From NCBI GenBank assembly GCA_012295275.1, contig CM022669.1, positions 5,208,001 to 5,272,000 of the forward strand: a DNA stretch of 64,000 bases, written 5' to 3'. The position numbers were made by a program, and so were the translations under genes. Positions 48,204 to 62,375 of the stretch are shown here, one piece after another; within the stretch, counting starts at the first letter, position 1, and every line of letters starts with the position of its first letter. Under the pieces are notes generated by a model that saw only the letters and a list, made by a program, of their open reading frames with translations, searched no databases and was not told where the DNA came from. This DNA comes from Chrysomallon squamiferum. Its lineage: Eukaryota > Animalia > Mollusca.

Positions 48204-50734
48204 TTCAGACGCCGTTAATCTCACAGGCCGATAAAAAAATTATATATGAAATTTTAACTGAGCTTCTTTTTTTAAAATAAAAACCTATATGTAATTGTAT
48301 TTACCCTGATTGAATTGCTATTATATTATCTGTTACGTGGAAGGTTATAGATGGATTCGGTTTTGCGCAATAAGCAGAGAGATGTTCTGAAAGCTGCCGA
48401 CTTCGTGCCGCAATATTTATATGAACATTTGTTTAGACAAATTTGTTTGTCCATGATTATGTCCCCTTAGTGCGATCTCACGGGCAGCACGAACCTCGCG
48501 CAGAGAACAACCTAACCATATGAAGATGATTGGCGGATTTGAAGTTTAAATTTACAGAAAGACTGAGACAACAGACGACTTCCGGCCTGGTTAGCAGCAG
48601 ACGTCAAGCAAGGTGAAGACAGACGGGTCAGGCCACATGAGGACAGTCTGGATTTGTCACACTTCGATAACCTAGCAGTTCTACGCTCATGTTGACATCA
48701 CGTTTTCCTTTACGTTTTCGTCTTTGTGTTATCAGAATAATGCAATTCTCAGTTCTTTAGAAATCACGTTTTCGGTTCCGTTTTTTAAAGCCTGAATTAT
48801 AATAACAACATTACTATTTGTACAACTACTACCACTCTACTACTGTTACTACTACTACTACTACTACTATTACTACTGTTACAATTACTACTATTGCTGC
48901 TGCAGCTGCAACTGCTGCTGTTGCTGCTGCTGCTGATTATAATAATACTAATAATAATAATCGTCGATTTCATCATAAATCATCGTTATAATTATTATTA
49001 TTATAATATTAGAAAAAAACCCTTTAATTTTGAATATAGAAGGAACGAAAAAGAGCCATTGAGTACATTTAGACAACAAACTGTTTTTAGAGCGAAGCAT
49101 TACTTTTTAACTACTTTTAGAAAGCAAGAAACAATGATAGAAAAATAAAGTATAAAATAGAAGACTTGGTTTCAGACATGGCTAACTATTTTTACAAAAA
49201 GCATATGGAACTACTTTTTAAAAATATTTTTGACCAAACAGAACTACTTTAACTGCTGCTGATGATACTACTACTACCAATGCGAAAAGTGCTAGTAAAA
49301 TAACATGTTGATTGTATGATAACAAAAAAATCGAGTTTTAGGTGAGCATGGTTTTAAAAAAACGGGTGATTTAAAAAACGAGGTCAAAGCTTGTTGAAAA
49401 CATGCTAGAAGATTAAACTGAAAACAATTGTTTGTTGAAGACAAGCAGTCTTACACATGCATGAAGGAAAACACAAACATTTTTTTTTTCCTTCAAAAAA
49501 TGCAAAAAAAAATAAAATTAAAATAAAATAAAAATAAATAAATAAAAATAATAAAATGAAGATAATAAATTAATGAATTAAAGGAGGACGAGAAAAGATA
49601 AATCGATTTCAAAACAGAATTTCTATTAAAGGATTCTTTCAAGCTAAGATATAAACGTGAATTCTATGTGGTAAAGCGATGGAATATGGTAGCATCAGTT
49701 CTCTGCATTTTTGTATCGTGTCTACAAAAACCTGAAGGTCTTTGTAAATGGGGAAACATATAGATTAGACACAAGTAAAACGTTTACCAAACCAATGCGT
49801 CGATAGTAATGCTTCTGTTCTATAACAGTAAAACCGATTTTAATTTTTATTTTATGTTGTGTTTGTGGTTTTTTTTTGAAATTATTATTATTAAGTAGCA
49901 CTCAGCATATATATTTTTTTATTTACAGAAGAACGATGTTTAGAACTAAAAATGAGAAAAATGCTGATAAATAAAGTGTAGAATGGAAATCGTATTTTCG
50001 ACCTAACCGACTTTAGGGAAGTACTTTCCATGTAGTGGGATCTGTTTAATAGGTATGAAATACTTTCATTGCAGAAATGATTGAGTTTTCTTCTTCTTAA
50101 TAGAAGTAATTTGATTCACGTATGATTTTGTGGAAGTCATTAGTAACATAAAAAAAAACCCATCAGAATAATAAGTTCAATGAAAATAAAACAATTTTAT
50201 TAAGATTTAATGACTTTGGTATTTTGTTTTTTTTCTTTGTTGAAAACGAACAACAAAACCAGAAGCCCCCTCCTAAATAACAATAATAAAATAAAATAAA
50301 CACACAAGAAAAACAATAAATAAATAATATAAATAAATAACATACAAGAAAAAAAAAATCATGCAAAAAAGGCTTGTGTACAAGTGGAGAATTATCGATT
50401 ATTTGGTGGAATATTAAGATGAGATTTATACGCAGTTGTACGAAATTTCCCGATGTTGATGATCAGATTTCTCCGCCGAGTGAATGAAAAACATTTTTAC
50501 TTCTTTTAGTACGACTTGCTGTCTCTTTTGATTTTACTGATTTATTTATCAATTTTGATGTTAATTTCCACTATTATTATTATTATTATTAAGATACATT
50601 TAGATAACATGAAATATGTATTTTTTTCTACATTTATTTTTTAATTTAAGACAAAAAACGAGAAAAAATGACAGATAAATAAAGTGTAGAATGGAAGTTC
50701 TATTTTCGAACTAACCGACTTTAGGGAACTACAT

Positions 50735-50776
<42 letters not shown>

Positions 50777-51119
50777 ATACTAATACTAATACTACTACTA
50801 CTACTACTACTTCTATTATTATTATTTTACTTCACTTTTTTTTTTTTTTTTGAATATTTCAAACAGATCAGTAATCAATCTGGTTCATTTGTTATATATT
50901 TTTATTTTATCCTTGGAAGGTATTCTGTTTTCTGAAGGATTCCAGTCACCTCTATTTTATGACATAAAAAGAAAACCATATATAAAATAATCTCCAAGAC
51001 GTTTTCCAACAGTTGATAAAATATTTAAAAACTTTTATTTTTATTTCAGAACACAATCATTAGTTACCGATTATGCCTTCATGTACAATGACCTTTTTTT
51101 TTTTAATGTTTGTGGATCT

Positions 51120-51642
51120 TTACGGTGTTTTGACACCACATTCAATTTTTTCATCGTCTGTTAGCTGGAACGCCCACACGCACACCTTGTATCGGTTACT
51201 GAAATACGTGGACTGGAACTCGCACGTGCGTTCAAAGGGGACTTTACGATCGCAGTCTATGAAGCGGTTACAGTTGCCCGGGACAGCTTTTGGGACGCAA
51301 CCTTCAGTTACTGAAAAAAATACAAATTAATTTATAACAGAAAGCAAATTTAAGTAAATTGAAATAGCACAACTGTTAATAAAATAAAATAAAAATGTAA
51401 ATTTAGTTATGTATATAAAGTATGAGTGTATGTAAGTAAGTATGTAGTTTTCGGATTTTGAATATTCTCTGTCTTATGTACGTCTGTATAGACTCTGCAG
51501 ATAGACAATATTCGGGAATGCAATGGCGCAGGAGGACAAAGTTCAATCACGACCTCACAAATCCCTTCAGCTACCGCTGACGAGACTCGAACCTATGACA
51601 CCCATTAGCCCGCACTCTGAAGGAGAACGATGTTAACAACTT

Positions 51643-51675
<33 letters not shown>

Positions 51676-54085
51676 AAGAAAGAAGACTGCTCAATAACCC
51701 AGGATAATCAAAGCTTCAATCACGCCTTTCTTTGTCTTTCGTCAAACCTATTTTTTGTCAGATGGCACTGGCAAGTATGTAGTTTTAGGAGTTTGAATAT
51801 TCTCTGGTATATGTGTTTTTATGGTGCGTATGTGTGTATCAATATTGTTGTTTGTATGTATACATGTAGGTATAATACAAGCAAGTATATTTTAAGTAAG
51901 TATATGCATGAAAGTGCGTCTGTGTGTGTGTTTGTATGTTTTTATACGTGCACGCATGTATTAGAACAGGTATACATAGACGTTCCTGCTCTTCACTGAG
52001 AGATGTAGTGTAAAAGTTTCACGTACACGCCTCCTTAGACTGGATACACTTGACGTTGTACTTGTAGTCGCAGTACTGTTTTTCCTCGTTGAAGTACAGG
52101 TCACTGGGGCACGTCAGCACGTTGCGGTATTCGCCGTTGTGACAGCTGATAAAGCGGCTGCAGTCGTAGGGATCCAACACAGATGTGTTACCTTTGCTAG
52201 CACAGATATCTGAGAACCCTTAATAATAAAAAAATAAATACAAATATAAATTAGATTAGATTAAATTAAATTAAATTCAAGTAAATTAATAAACAAATAA
52301 ACAAACAAACAAACATACAAATAAAAAAATATAAAAATAAAAATATAAAAATATAAATTAAATTAAATTAAATTCAAGTAAATAAACAAATAAACAAACA
52401 AACAAACAAATAAATAAATAAAAACATAAATATATATATATATATATATATAATAAAATAAATGATTAAATAAAATAGAAGTAAATAACTGATTAAATTT
52501 TAATCTTATATATTTTTATATATTAGATACATATCGTAATTTTTGTTTTAGTTTATTTTTTTTATGAAATATAATATTATTTTTATTTCATGAAAATATA
52601 ACATAGTTATTTTGATTTTTGTTAATGGATATACATTACAACATAGTTGTATTTTAATATGATCCATATATTAATATTAATGTTTCGTTCATAAAAATGT
52701 TTATGTTACTGGTTTTATTTAATGAAATTATTGTATAATAATTTTATTTTTAATTCATGAAATTACTGTATAATAATTTCAGGTTTAGTTGATGAAACTG
52801 TAGTGTTAATTCAGCAATTAATATATTGTCATGTATTCGTGAAGTCAGTGCAGTAGACGTTCGTTGATGTTGTGTACTGCTAGTTTCAGTTACTGTCTTT
52901 TGTTCAGTGACATAACGTTTCTAATAAAGTTACAACATCTAAAATTAATTTATATCACAAATTTGTTTTAGTGTTTAGTTAGAGTAAAAATGTCTGTTGC
53001 TTGATAAAATTCCAGTAAGCTGAATTTGTCTTCTTAAATAACATCTTCTTGTTGTTCAAATTTGTTCTATTGAAAGTCATTTAAATTTTAGTGTTAAATA
53101 ATACAGTTATAAATATGAAACTGTTATATTTGAATTTTATGTTCAGTCTATAAAACTGTTATATGGAAAGTTAATGTTCAAGTTCATTCAACTGTTTTAT
53201 AGAAATTTTAATTTAGTTCATAAAATCTGTATATAATGATTCCAGTTTTAGATATTAGTTAATTTTAATTTTATTTCATGCTTTATGGTAATTTAGGCTT
53301 TAGGTCATGAAACTGTTCTTTCAGTTTTTATTGAGGAAATTTATATATCTGGAAAAGTTTTATGTTTAATTTAATATTTACAGTTTTTAACGCACAAGTA
53401 GTATTTTAAGTTTAATTGTGTCTTTTTTTCGTTCTTTTAGATATGAGGAAATTTATAATACATCTCTTTCATCAGTTTATTTTTTTAATTATTTTTTACT
53501 CTCAAATCATTTTATAATACATCTCTTTCATCAGTTTATTTTTTTAATTATTTTTTACTCTCAAATCATTTTATAAAAGTCTTAAACAGGCTTGTTGTGT
53601 TTATAAATAAAATTTAAAATAAAAGTAATAATTATACTTTCTAGCTACATAAATAATAATAAAGCGGAATTTACTCAGTCTGATTTACGCAATTCTCTGA
53701 CTATCGCATCTCTTAACCCTAGAACCCCAGTAAACCGGACACACGTCCAAACCGAACGTTTTACATGCTCGCGAAACTGAAAATGATTATCGCCCCTTGA
53801 CGACTCTTCTCAAATGGAGTTATACTTACTTTGCTCGGGGTACTCTTTACGACAGTTGTATCCAGGGTACATTTTCACACAGGCCTTGACATCAGAGTCC
53901 CACACTTGACCATCTTTGCACGACATCCTTTTCCAGCTGCCGTTGTCACAGACGTAGTAGAAGCCGTTGGCACAGTCAGCTTCATCCGTTACAGGAAGAA
54001 TATTATCGGCCGGACGGCATGGTGATGTAGGAACGGCGAAAACAGCCGAACATAGAAAACTGGCAATACACAGAGTTATAAACAT
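51120..54085 (-). CDS. Secreted chitin-binding protein B, 3 x ChtBD2/CBM14
   Basis: Exons 53830-54085, 52027-52218, 51120-51310, phase-1 introns. Signal peptide MFITLCIASFLCSAVFA; DPYDCSRFISCHNG...CPSDLYFNEEKQYCDYKYNVKC. Exons 2 and 3 translated by hand (not in ORF track). Confidence 0.9.
51472..51772 (-). mobile_element. SINE-like insertion flanked by 34-bp direct repeats
   Basis: Pol III B-box-like GGTTCGAGTCT on minus (~51583-51593); direct repeats 51438-51471 and 51773-51806 (2 mismatches); internal A-run. Confidence 0.5.
53452..53576. repeat. Two-copy 59-bp tandem duplication
   Basis: tttataatacatctctttcatcag... at 53452 and 53511. Confidence 0.9.
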
Positions 54086-55841
54086 GATGGCGCTGTATTT
54101 GTATATATATATATATACACGGGTGTTTAAATGCAGTTCAAATCTGGTCAACTCGGCTGGCCGAATGGCGATGTCAAAATGATGAGATCAAACTTGGATA
54201 AATCCCTTTTTACATACGCGTTGTCCCCACCCATAATGTAAACTGTATTGCGAATCTTGGACAGCCGACATCTACGCGGAATTAATTTACATCTGCTTGA
54301 TAAAAGAACCGATTCAGGGATGGGTGACTGACAAACTCACGACTTGTTTTTTTGGTGACGTATCGCGATACTTGTAGAGAACATGCAGAGCTTCGAGAGG
54401 GAAGGGGTGTTGTGACGTACTGAGAGCGGGTGTGAAGTACAAACACACCGCAACCCTAAAGACACCTACCTACATGAAGCGAACAGAGTAACATGGCTTT
54501 ATGAATCGTGTTGTTAAAAAAAAGGTAGCGAAACTTCTGTGCGTAGTATCCGGAATACTGTTCAAATATTATGGGTTAAATTATGGGTTAAATAGAAATA
54601 AGTTTCAGATAAAAAGGAAAAAAGAAAATGTTATTTAGAAAATTTAAATGAAAATGAGAGAAAGAAGATCATAAGAAAAAAACAACAATAACAGACTAAT
54701 AAGAAAATGGTCATAGTTAAAAAAAAAAAAATTAAATAATTTTATCTTAATAATGAAATTGTAATTTAAATACTTTTTCTTTTTTTTTATCTTCTTCATT
54801 TTTCTTTTTTTCTTTCTTTTTTCTTCATCATTTTTTTTCTTTTTTTCTTTTCTTTTTTTCAAAATACAATTCTATCCACGACACTTCTTACTTTTTTCTT
54901 CTTTTTCTTCATTTCTTTTTTTTTTTTTCAAAACGCGACCTTTATTACTTTTAATTCAAGGGACATAACTCAGAATCGCAGCGGCCTTGGACTATACATT
55001 CTTTAATCTTGCTAACAATACGTATACATTGTCTGATGTTTGCAATGAGAACAAAGTCACAACGAGGGATAACAGTTTATTTTAAACGTGTGTGTTTAGG
55101 GCTTTGTGTTGAGATGCCAGACTCTGTGTGCCACGGACAAAGTATGTAAACTATCAAAGCAGTTCTACTTAAAAGTTAATAATACCTATCCATTGTATCG
55201 TTTGGCAAACATTTCTGTCTTGTAACGCGCGTGCTCGAGTTTTTAAACTAGCGGCTTTCTCTAGTGTCCTTCTAGTGATGAGTTCATGTAAAGTTAACAT
55301 GAGGTTATGCGTGTACGCACCCACCTCGTGCACACACACACATATTTAAATAAGTACGTACATGCGTATGTTACATTTGCATATACTAATATATATTATA
55401 TTGTTTAAATCAGCTATAAAAGACATACAAAACGACAAATAATTTTTATATTTTTATTTATTTTCCAACCTTTACTTACTTTACATGAAAATAAATTCTT
55501 GAACTCTAACATTTATTACTGAAATGTAAAAATACATGCTCCGCGCCTGTTAAGAGCTAATTATTATAATTTCTGTAAAGTGAAGATCCTGAACCAACTA
55601 AATACGTTTTGCGTATGATCATGCTGCTGTTTGCGTGTTCGTTGTTAAACAGTAATTTTGTTATAGTCAACAAATACATCTGTTTAGTTGTATTTATAAA
55701 TTGAAGAAGGGTACCTGCATGCCTTTACAAGTATCTTCTACATGAGCACAGTTAATTAAAGGAAAAATGTAAAAATAACGAAATTACGAAATTATCGAAA
55801 ACGTGTTATTATTAGTCTGTGTGTGTATTTTGAAGTTTATG

Positions 55842-55887
<46 letters not shown>

Positions 55888-56637
55888 GTTTGTATGTATG
55901 TATATATGTATGTATGTATGTATGTATGTAGATGTTTATTTATAATTCTGTTTTTAATGAATTACAAATCCATATATATATATGTATTTATATGTATGTA
56001 TATATGTATATATGTATGTATGTACATATGTATGTATGTATGTATGTATGTAGATATCTGTTTATAATTCTGTTTTTAATGAATTACAAATCCATATCTG
56101 AATCTTCTGTAAATTGTTTCTGCTCGGTTTGGATATTATTAATAATAATATTTAAACCTACAATCCAAGATTTTGGCATGGAACAGATTCTAGTGTAAAT
56201 TAACTGTGTTTGTTAACAAGGTTAGTTTAAAAATTGCTGCAAGAAGCATATACAAGTATTTACAATAGTTTTTATTTCTAAAACGATGTCATAAATTAGA
56301 GTAAATCATCACTCATTAATATTTCATTTGAACTTTAAAATATGTAAATAAATAAATAAAGAAAAAATACATAGATTTTATTTATTATTTTATTATAAGA
56401 AATAAATATTCTCCATTTATAGACTACACCTTCTTTCAAGATTCAAATGTACAGAGGGGAGGGAGAAAAAAAAAAAAAATAAAATAAAATAAAAAAATTA
56501 AAAAATAAAAAAAAAACACCAAAAAAAAACGCAATCAAAAAGTTTTGAACACGGCAGCTAAAAGAAAGAATTAAAGAAAAAAAGAAAAGGACCAATAAAA
56601 CGGAACCGGAAGTACAGCAGATGACGTATTTCCGTTG

Positions 56638-58388
56638 TCAAGGCCCGGGGCGGCCATTGCACTCAACCGAGGCTCTCCAGTCGCATTTCCGTTTCTCTTC
56701 GTGGAACGCGCTGTTAGGCGGACATTTGATTCGAGCGACTACTCTGCCGTAATTACACTTGTAGAATCTGGCGCAGTGACTGGGGTCGGGAACGTCGCCG
56801 TTAGACGTGCCTTCACATGGCTGATCAATTATAGGTCGAACAGTGCCTGGTAGTAGAATATGTAAATTAAATCAGTGTATATTAGTAGAATATGTAAATT
56901 TAATCAGTGCCTGTTAATGTAATATGTAAATTTAATCAGTGCCTGTTATTATAATATGTAAATTTAATCATAGCCTGTTAATATAATATGTAAATTTAAT
57001 AAGTGCCTGTAAACATAATATATAAATTAATCAGTTCCTGTTAATATAATATGTAAATTTAATCAGAGCCTGTTAAAAAAATATGTAAATTTAATCAGTG
57101 CCTGTTAACATAATATGTAAATTAATCAGTGCCTGTTAATATAATACGTAAATTTAATCAGTGCCTGTTAACGTAAATAAATTAAATACTAATACTGCTG
57201 CAGCTGCTGCTGGTTCTGTTGACATTATTACTGCTTATTTTACTACTACTACTACTACTACTACAGTTGCTACTTATATTACTACTAAACTACTACTGCT
57301 ACTCTATTACTCTACTACTACTACAACCACTGCTGCCGCTACTACAACTGCTATTTTTTTATAAATCTAACCATGTTATACTACTACCATAATAACAGCA
57401 ATTAAAACAACTGCATATTATAATAATAATTTTAATAACAACAACAAACAGCAGCAGGAACAACAACAAATACGATTTCCACCACCGAAACAGCAGCAAT
57501 TTCATCATTAACTTCAATAGTAAACAAACTAAGTACAATCTGCACTTACTCACGACCACGTGACTAGGTATTTGTCGTTCCTGGCATTCCTCGGCCACCA
57601 GGTAGCTGAGCTCGCACGTGTTGTTGCGCGTGGAGAAGAGCGTGTTTTCGGGACAGTTCATGGTCGCTACGACAGTTCGATTACTGCAGGCGAGAAACTG
57701 CGCGCAGTTTTCCGGATCGGGATTTGTTCCCGTCGCGATTATACATCGAGGGTCATCTGAAAATAAACAAACAAATAAATAAATAAATAAATAATCAGTG
57801 TTGCCTATTGCATCAGAAGGTTATTTTATGAAGAAATAAAATTTAGAAAAATGACGCTAAAGGAAATTGTCCATTAATTTTAACAATTAGTGACTGAGGT
57901 TACTGATTCACCAATGCATAATATTTAAATATCTTGTAACACAGTGGTAGTAATGATCATGATAATAATGCCGATAATAATAATAATAATAATAATAAAA
58001 TTAATAATAGTAATAATGAAAATTTTGAGAGTAGAGTTTAAGACTAGTTTAAAAAACACTAAACCTACTTACTAATGGTAGGTGTAGTCATCAGTTGATT
58101 GCAGTCATCCCACTGGGACATGGGTTCCACGCAGGCGTGACCGACGTTGGACCAGATGCGGCTGTCGTTGCAGTGGATAGTCCAGTACCTCTTTCCCTGG
58201 ACACAGAAATGGACTTTGGAACAGTCCTGTTGGTCGCGAGTCCATTCCGTGGACCATGGATCCTGGCAACCAGGATCCGCACCAAAATTGTCATCGGAGA
58301 AATCAGGGCCAACCTGCTGACCACTGGTCAAGAGAACCGCAGCGCTGGACAGAAGGATTACTGTTGTCAGTAATGTCCGGGACATCAT
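56638..58388 (-). CDS. Secreted chitin-binding protein C, 3 x ChtBD2/CBM14
   Basis: Exons 58073-58388, 57550-57756, 56638-56846, phase-1 introns. Signal peptide MMSRTLLTTVILLSSAAVLLTSG; DPENCAQFLAC, DPSHCARFYKC...CPPNSAFHEEKRKCDW. Exon 2 is 207 nt as in gene A. Confidence 0.9.
56841..57170. repeat. ~32-bp minisatellite, ~10 copies, unit spans the last acceptor of gene C
   Basis: Unit cagtgcctgttaatataatatgtaaatttaat; on minus ...aacag|gcactg. Confidence 0.9.
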
Positions 58389-59624
58389 GCCTGTTGTGGT
58401 CAGCGCTTTTCTGCTAAATGACAGATTAGCAATTACAGCACCAACGTCGTTTTTGCACACGACGTTTTTGCGGAATGCGCGGACAACACGTTCTGTGTTT
58501 GTGTCGTCTGCCTACTCGTCTGCTAGCGCGTGCATTTGAAGGAAAATGGTGGCAGTTAGTTTCGACGACGTCCGCGGCGTATCCACGACGAAGTCATCAT
58601 CAGTGGGACAGTGACCACGAACCTGTGTTGATTTGTTTGAGTTTGTTGATCACTCAATAACATCGCAGGATGGTGTCAAACAGGAAGACGACAATCGCAT
58701 CCAAATAAACAGTTTTGTGTGTTTACAGGAGAGCAGGCGGGTTTGTGTGTGTGCGCGAGTTTTTCAGATGGATTACTGGTTTCACCTCATTTAACTCGGT
58801 TCTGGTTACGTAATAGGGCGGGGACGGGAGGACAGGATGGGGGAAAGTTTGAGTACAGAAAAAAAAAAAAAATGTTCAGAAATCAGAATGTTGAATTGTA
58901 AAAAAACTTCTTGTCGCAAACTGATGGAACAGCAGAGTGATTACAAAACCAGTAAATTGTTTCTAGATACCACACTGAAATAAATCCAGGAGGCTTTCAG
59001 TTACTGCTAGGGATAGCTGATGTCGTGTTACGTGATTCATGAGTATTACGTTTTTACTCTTACTAATATTACAGATACAGTATAACCTTCCTTCCTTGCT
59101 TCGCCACTGATATAAACACATTTTATAAAGAGAGATGAAAAAGCAGCTCAGTTTTTGTTTAATTATACATACAAGTAGATTCAAAAGAAATTTGGAAATG
59201 GGTCATGTTGTTAGCTTTTTGGGAAATATATATATATATGTGTGTGTGTCAGTGTATGCAATGTATAACTATCATGCACAAAGAAGAAATAAATAAAACA
59301 TATTACACATCTAAATACAAAGAACGCTTTATACACACAGATAAAAAAGAATGACAAAAATTATACATTATTTTATATGATATTAACAGTTAAAAACTAA
59401 AATAAAATCATATTTATAATTTCTCTGAAATTGAAAAATAATAATAATAATAAAAAAGATATTGTACTGGTTGACCTACCTCTACTTTCTCCTACACGTC
59501 GTTTTTATTTCAGGACACCATTTCAAAAACTTTAACTCAATCACAGATCTTCATACTGTGACCGAATGTCAACAAACAGAAAGTAACAATATACATGTTA
59601 ACTTTCTTCGTGCCATTATAAAGA

Positions 59625-59663
<39 letters not shown>

Positions 59664-59771
59664 GTTTTATTCTTATTATTATTTTATTATTATTATACTT
59701 TTTCTTTTTCTTTCTTTTTAAAAAAACTAAACAACATTGGATGTTCGTTTTTCTTCAACATTCAGACTTTT

Positions 59772-59910
<139 letters not shown>

Positions 59911-61331
59911 ATAATGATAAAGCAGAACGTGTTATGGTTGAAGAACAAAGAGTAATTGATAAATAATTAAACAGTATACAAGATTTTGTACTCTCACTAA
60001 ATACAGATAATCATAATTAATGCTGACATCTCTCACTGTTTGTTCAGTGATTGATGCTAAGTCGCGTTCTACGATTTAAAAACGACGACATCTTACACGC
60101 CAATGTTTATCATCGTATTTAAGGACGACGAGGCAAACCTTGACACCTGGCCACACGACGGTGACAAATACACCATTACAACGATACCACGTCCAGACTG
60201 TTTGAACTGATGATCTTTTAAAAAAAATGAGTTAGTAAATGTTTGTCAAACAGAGATCCCCACCACGCAGTACAGTGCTAACTCGGTTAAATTACACACT
60301 TAGTTTAAAGCAGTGTTTAGGTGCATGTAAGTGTACATGTACGTGTATTCATGTGTGCGCCCGTGTATGTTTGTGTGTGTTTGTGATTATTCACACAGTT
60401 AAACTCTTATAAATTCAAATTATAGCTATAATAATATATAATAATAATAATATAATTAATAATAACATTTATATATATATATATGTATGTGTGTTGTAAT
60501 TCATTTATATATATATATATATATATATAATTGAATTTTTTCTCACCAACTGGAAATTATTTCATATAATCGATAATTAAAAAATCTTTTATATTCTTGC
60601 TTTTCGGTTAGTACAAGTAAACTTTGATATGTCCCATGACTTAAACAGGAGCAATATTCTTCATTAACCAGTCTAGTGTAGGAGCGTGGACCAGCCGATT
60701 TTTCTCTGTGAGCAAACAAAAATACAAAACAAAAAAAGTATACCGCGTACCTATCATATCTCAGCCCGGCGATCTAACCAGTAAGCCTATATATCTGTAT
60801 ATATATACCATACTCTAAAACCCTCTAATATCATCATATATGTGTCTAGCAGCTGACACCATAAACATCGTTAAATATAAGGAAATAATAAAGATGAGCG
60901 AAATGTCATGACAAATATCTTAAACCGAATTTAGTGCCGGTCGTTTGTTTCAATTAATCTTATCCAAGTTTCTCCATCCAAGCTAACCTTTACTTACGTA
61001 TTTATAAACAAACAACATTGCATTAGCGTACCATCAACAAATGTCAGTCTATCTGCATGGCAATGCGACAAAAAACCGTGATGCACAAAGTAAACAGACA
61101 AATGTCGCAGCGCCTTTACAGACACCAGTCTTAAACTTAACAGGTAAACAGTCGTTCGTTTAGTGAGAAGAACGCCCACAGTCGGAAGAGTTCGTTTGCG
61201 AAATTTTTTTTTTTTTAAAAATAATAATAAAATATAAATATAAATAAATAAAAACTAAATAAATATATAAATTTAAAAAAAATACTCAACAGATGTCAGG
61301 TAATAATAATAGTAAACTTTTGTTTTTATAC

Positions 61332-61382
<51 letters not shown>

Positions 61383-62311
61383 CGAGTTAATGTGTGCGAA
61401 TTTAAGCTTGCATGCGCAGGCAGTAAACTCTAGATTTAAAAGATTTTTATTCAAAGGACTTAGAATTCAACTGACGGGCCAATTCGTTTAAGGAAGAAGA
61501 TTTCTTGCCATCAATAATTCATGCATCGCGTTGTATTTCGCGCTGAACGGTGGGGGTGGGGGGGGCGGGTAGCGTAGACGAATACATGACACCAACACAC
61601 AGACTTCTTCTGTTAGCACACAAATCTTGTGTCACTGTAATAATTCACTTTTATCAGTGTATATGTATTTTTGTAATTTATATATTTAATATTTAAAATT
61701 AAAACTAGTGAGTGCATTAAATGTTTCTTATCACAGTATTAAAATTACGTAACATTATCATTTTAAAACATCTGCTGTTTAACGGACATCCCTAGTAATC
61801 GGGATGTATTAACTGACCTATTTGCACCGAGATACACACAAACTCTGACTCAAACACACTCATTCACTCACTCACTTCCTCACACAAATAAATGTATAGC
61901 ACATTTAATCTGGCCCAAAGATGGCCCACTCATAGCCTAACTGTTACCAGGCGATACCATAAATATTGTGCTAACTTTTGCTGAACGAAACATTTTTCTG
62001 CTTATCTTTTGATGTGCAGGTATTACTGCACCTTGCCGTCAGTTCTCAAGTTTTCTGTTTGCAAAAATGTCCTACGTAACTAAATTGCCTACTTATTTAA
62101 ATCCTATTTGTTCTGGGTGCGCACGAACAAACCCTCATAATTATTATTAACATATCGTCAACATTAACAAAGTATTACGTTTTCATTGTGACGTAACAGC
62201 TTCTGTTGCGCGCATTTTCTTCTTTCTGACGTATGCACAAATATAGACTTTCTCAGTCCTTTTTAAATTATATTCTTCCTTTCAAAGACGTCATTTGAAA
62301 AACAGAAAGAT

Positions 62312-62375
<64 letters not shown>

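Noticed and set aside
60670-60790. tRNA gene (A-box-like GGCTTACTGGTTAG on minus)
   Set aside because: No B box or cloverleaf; at most a decayed SINE head.
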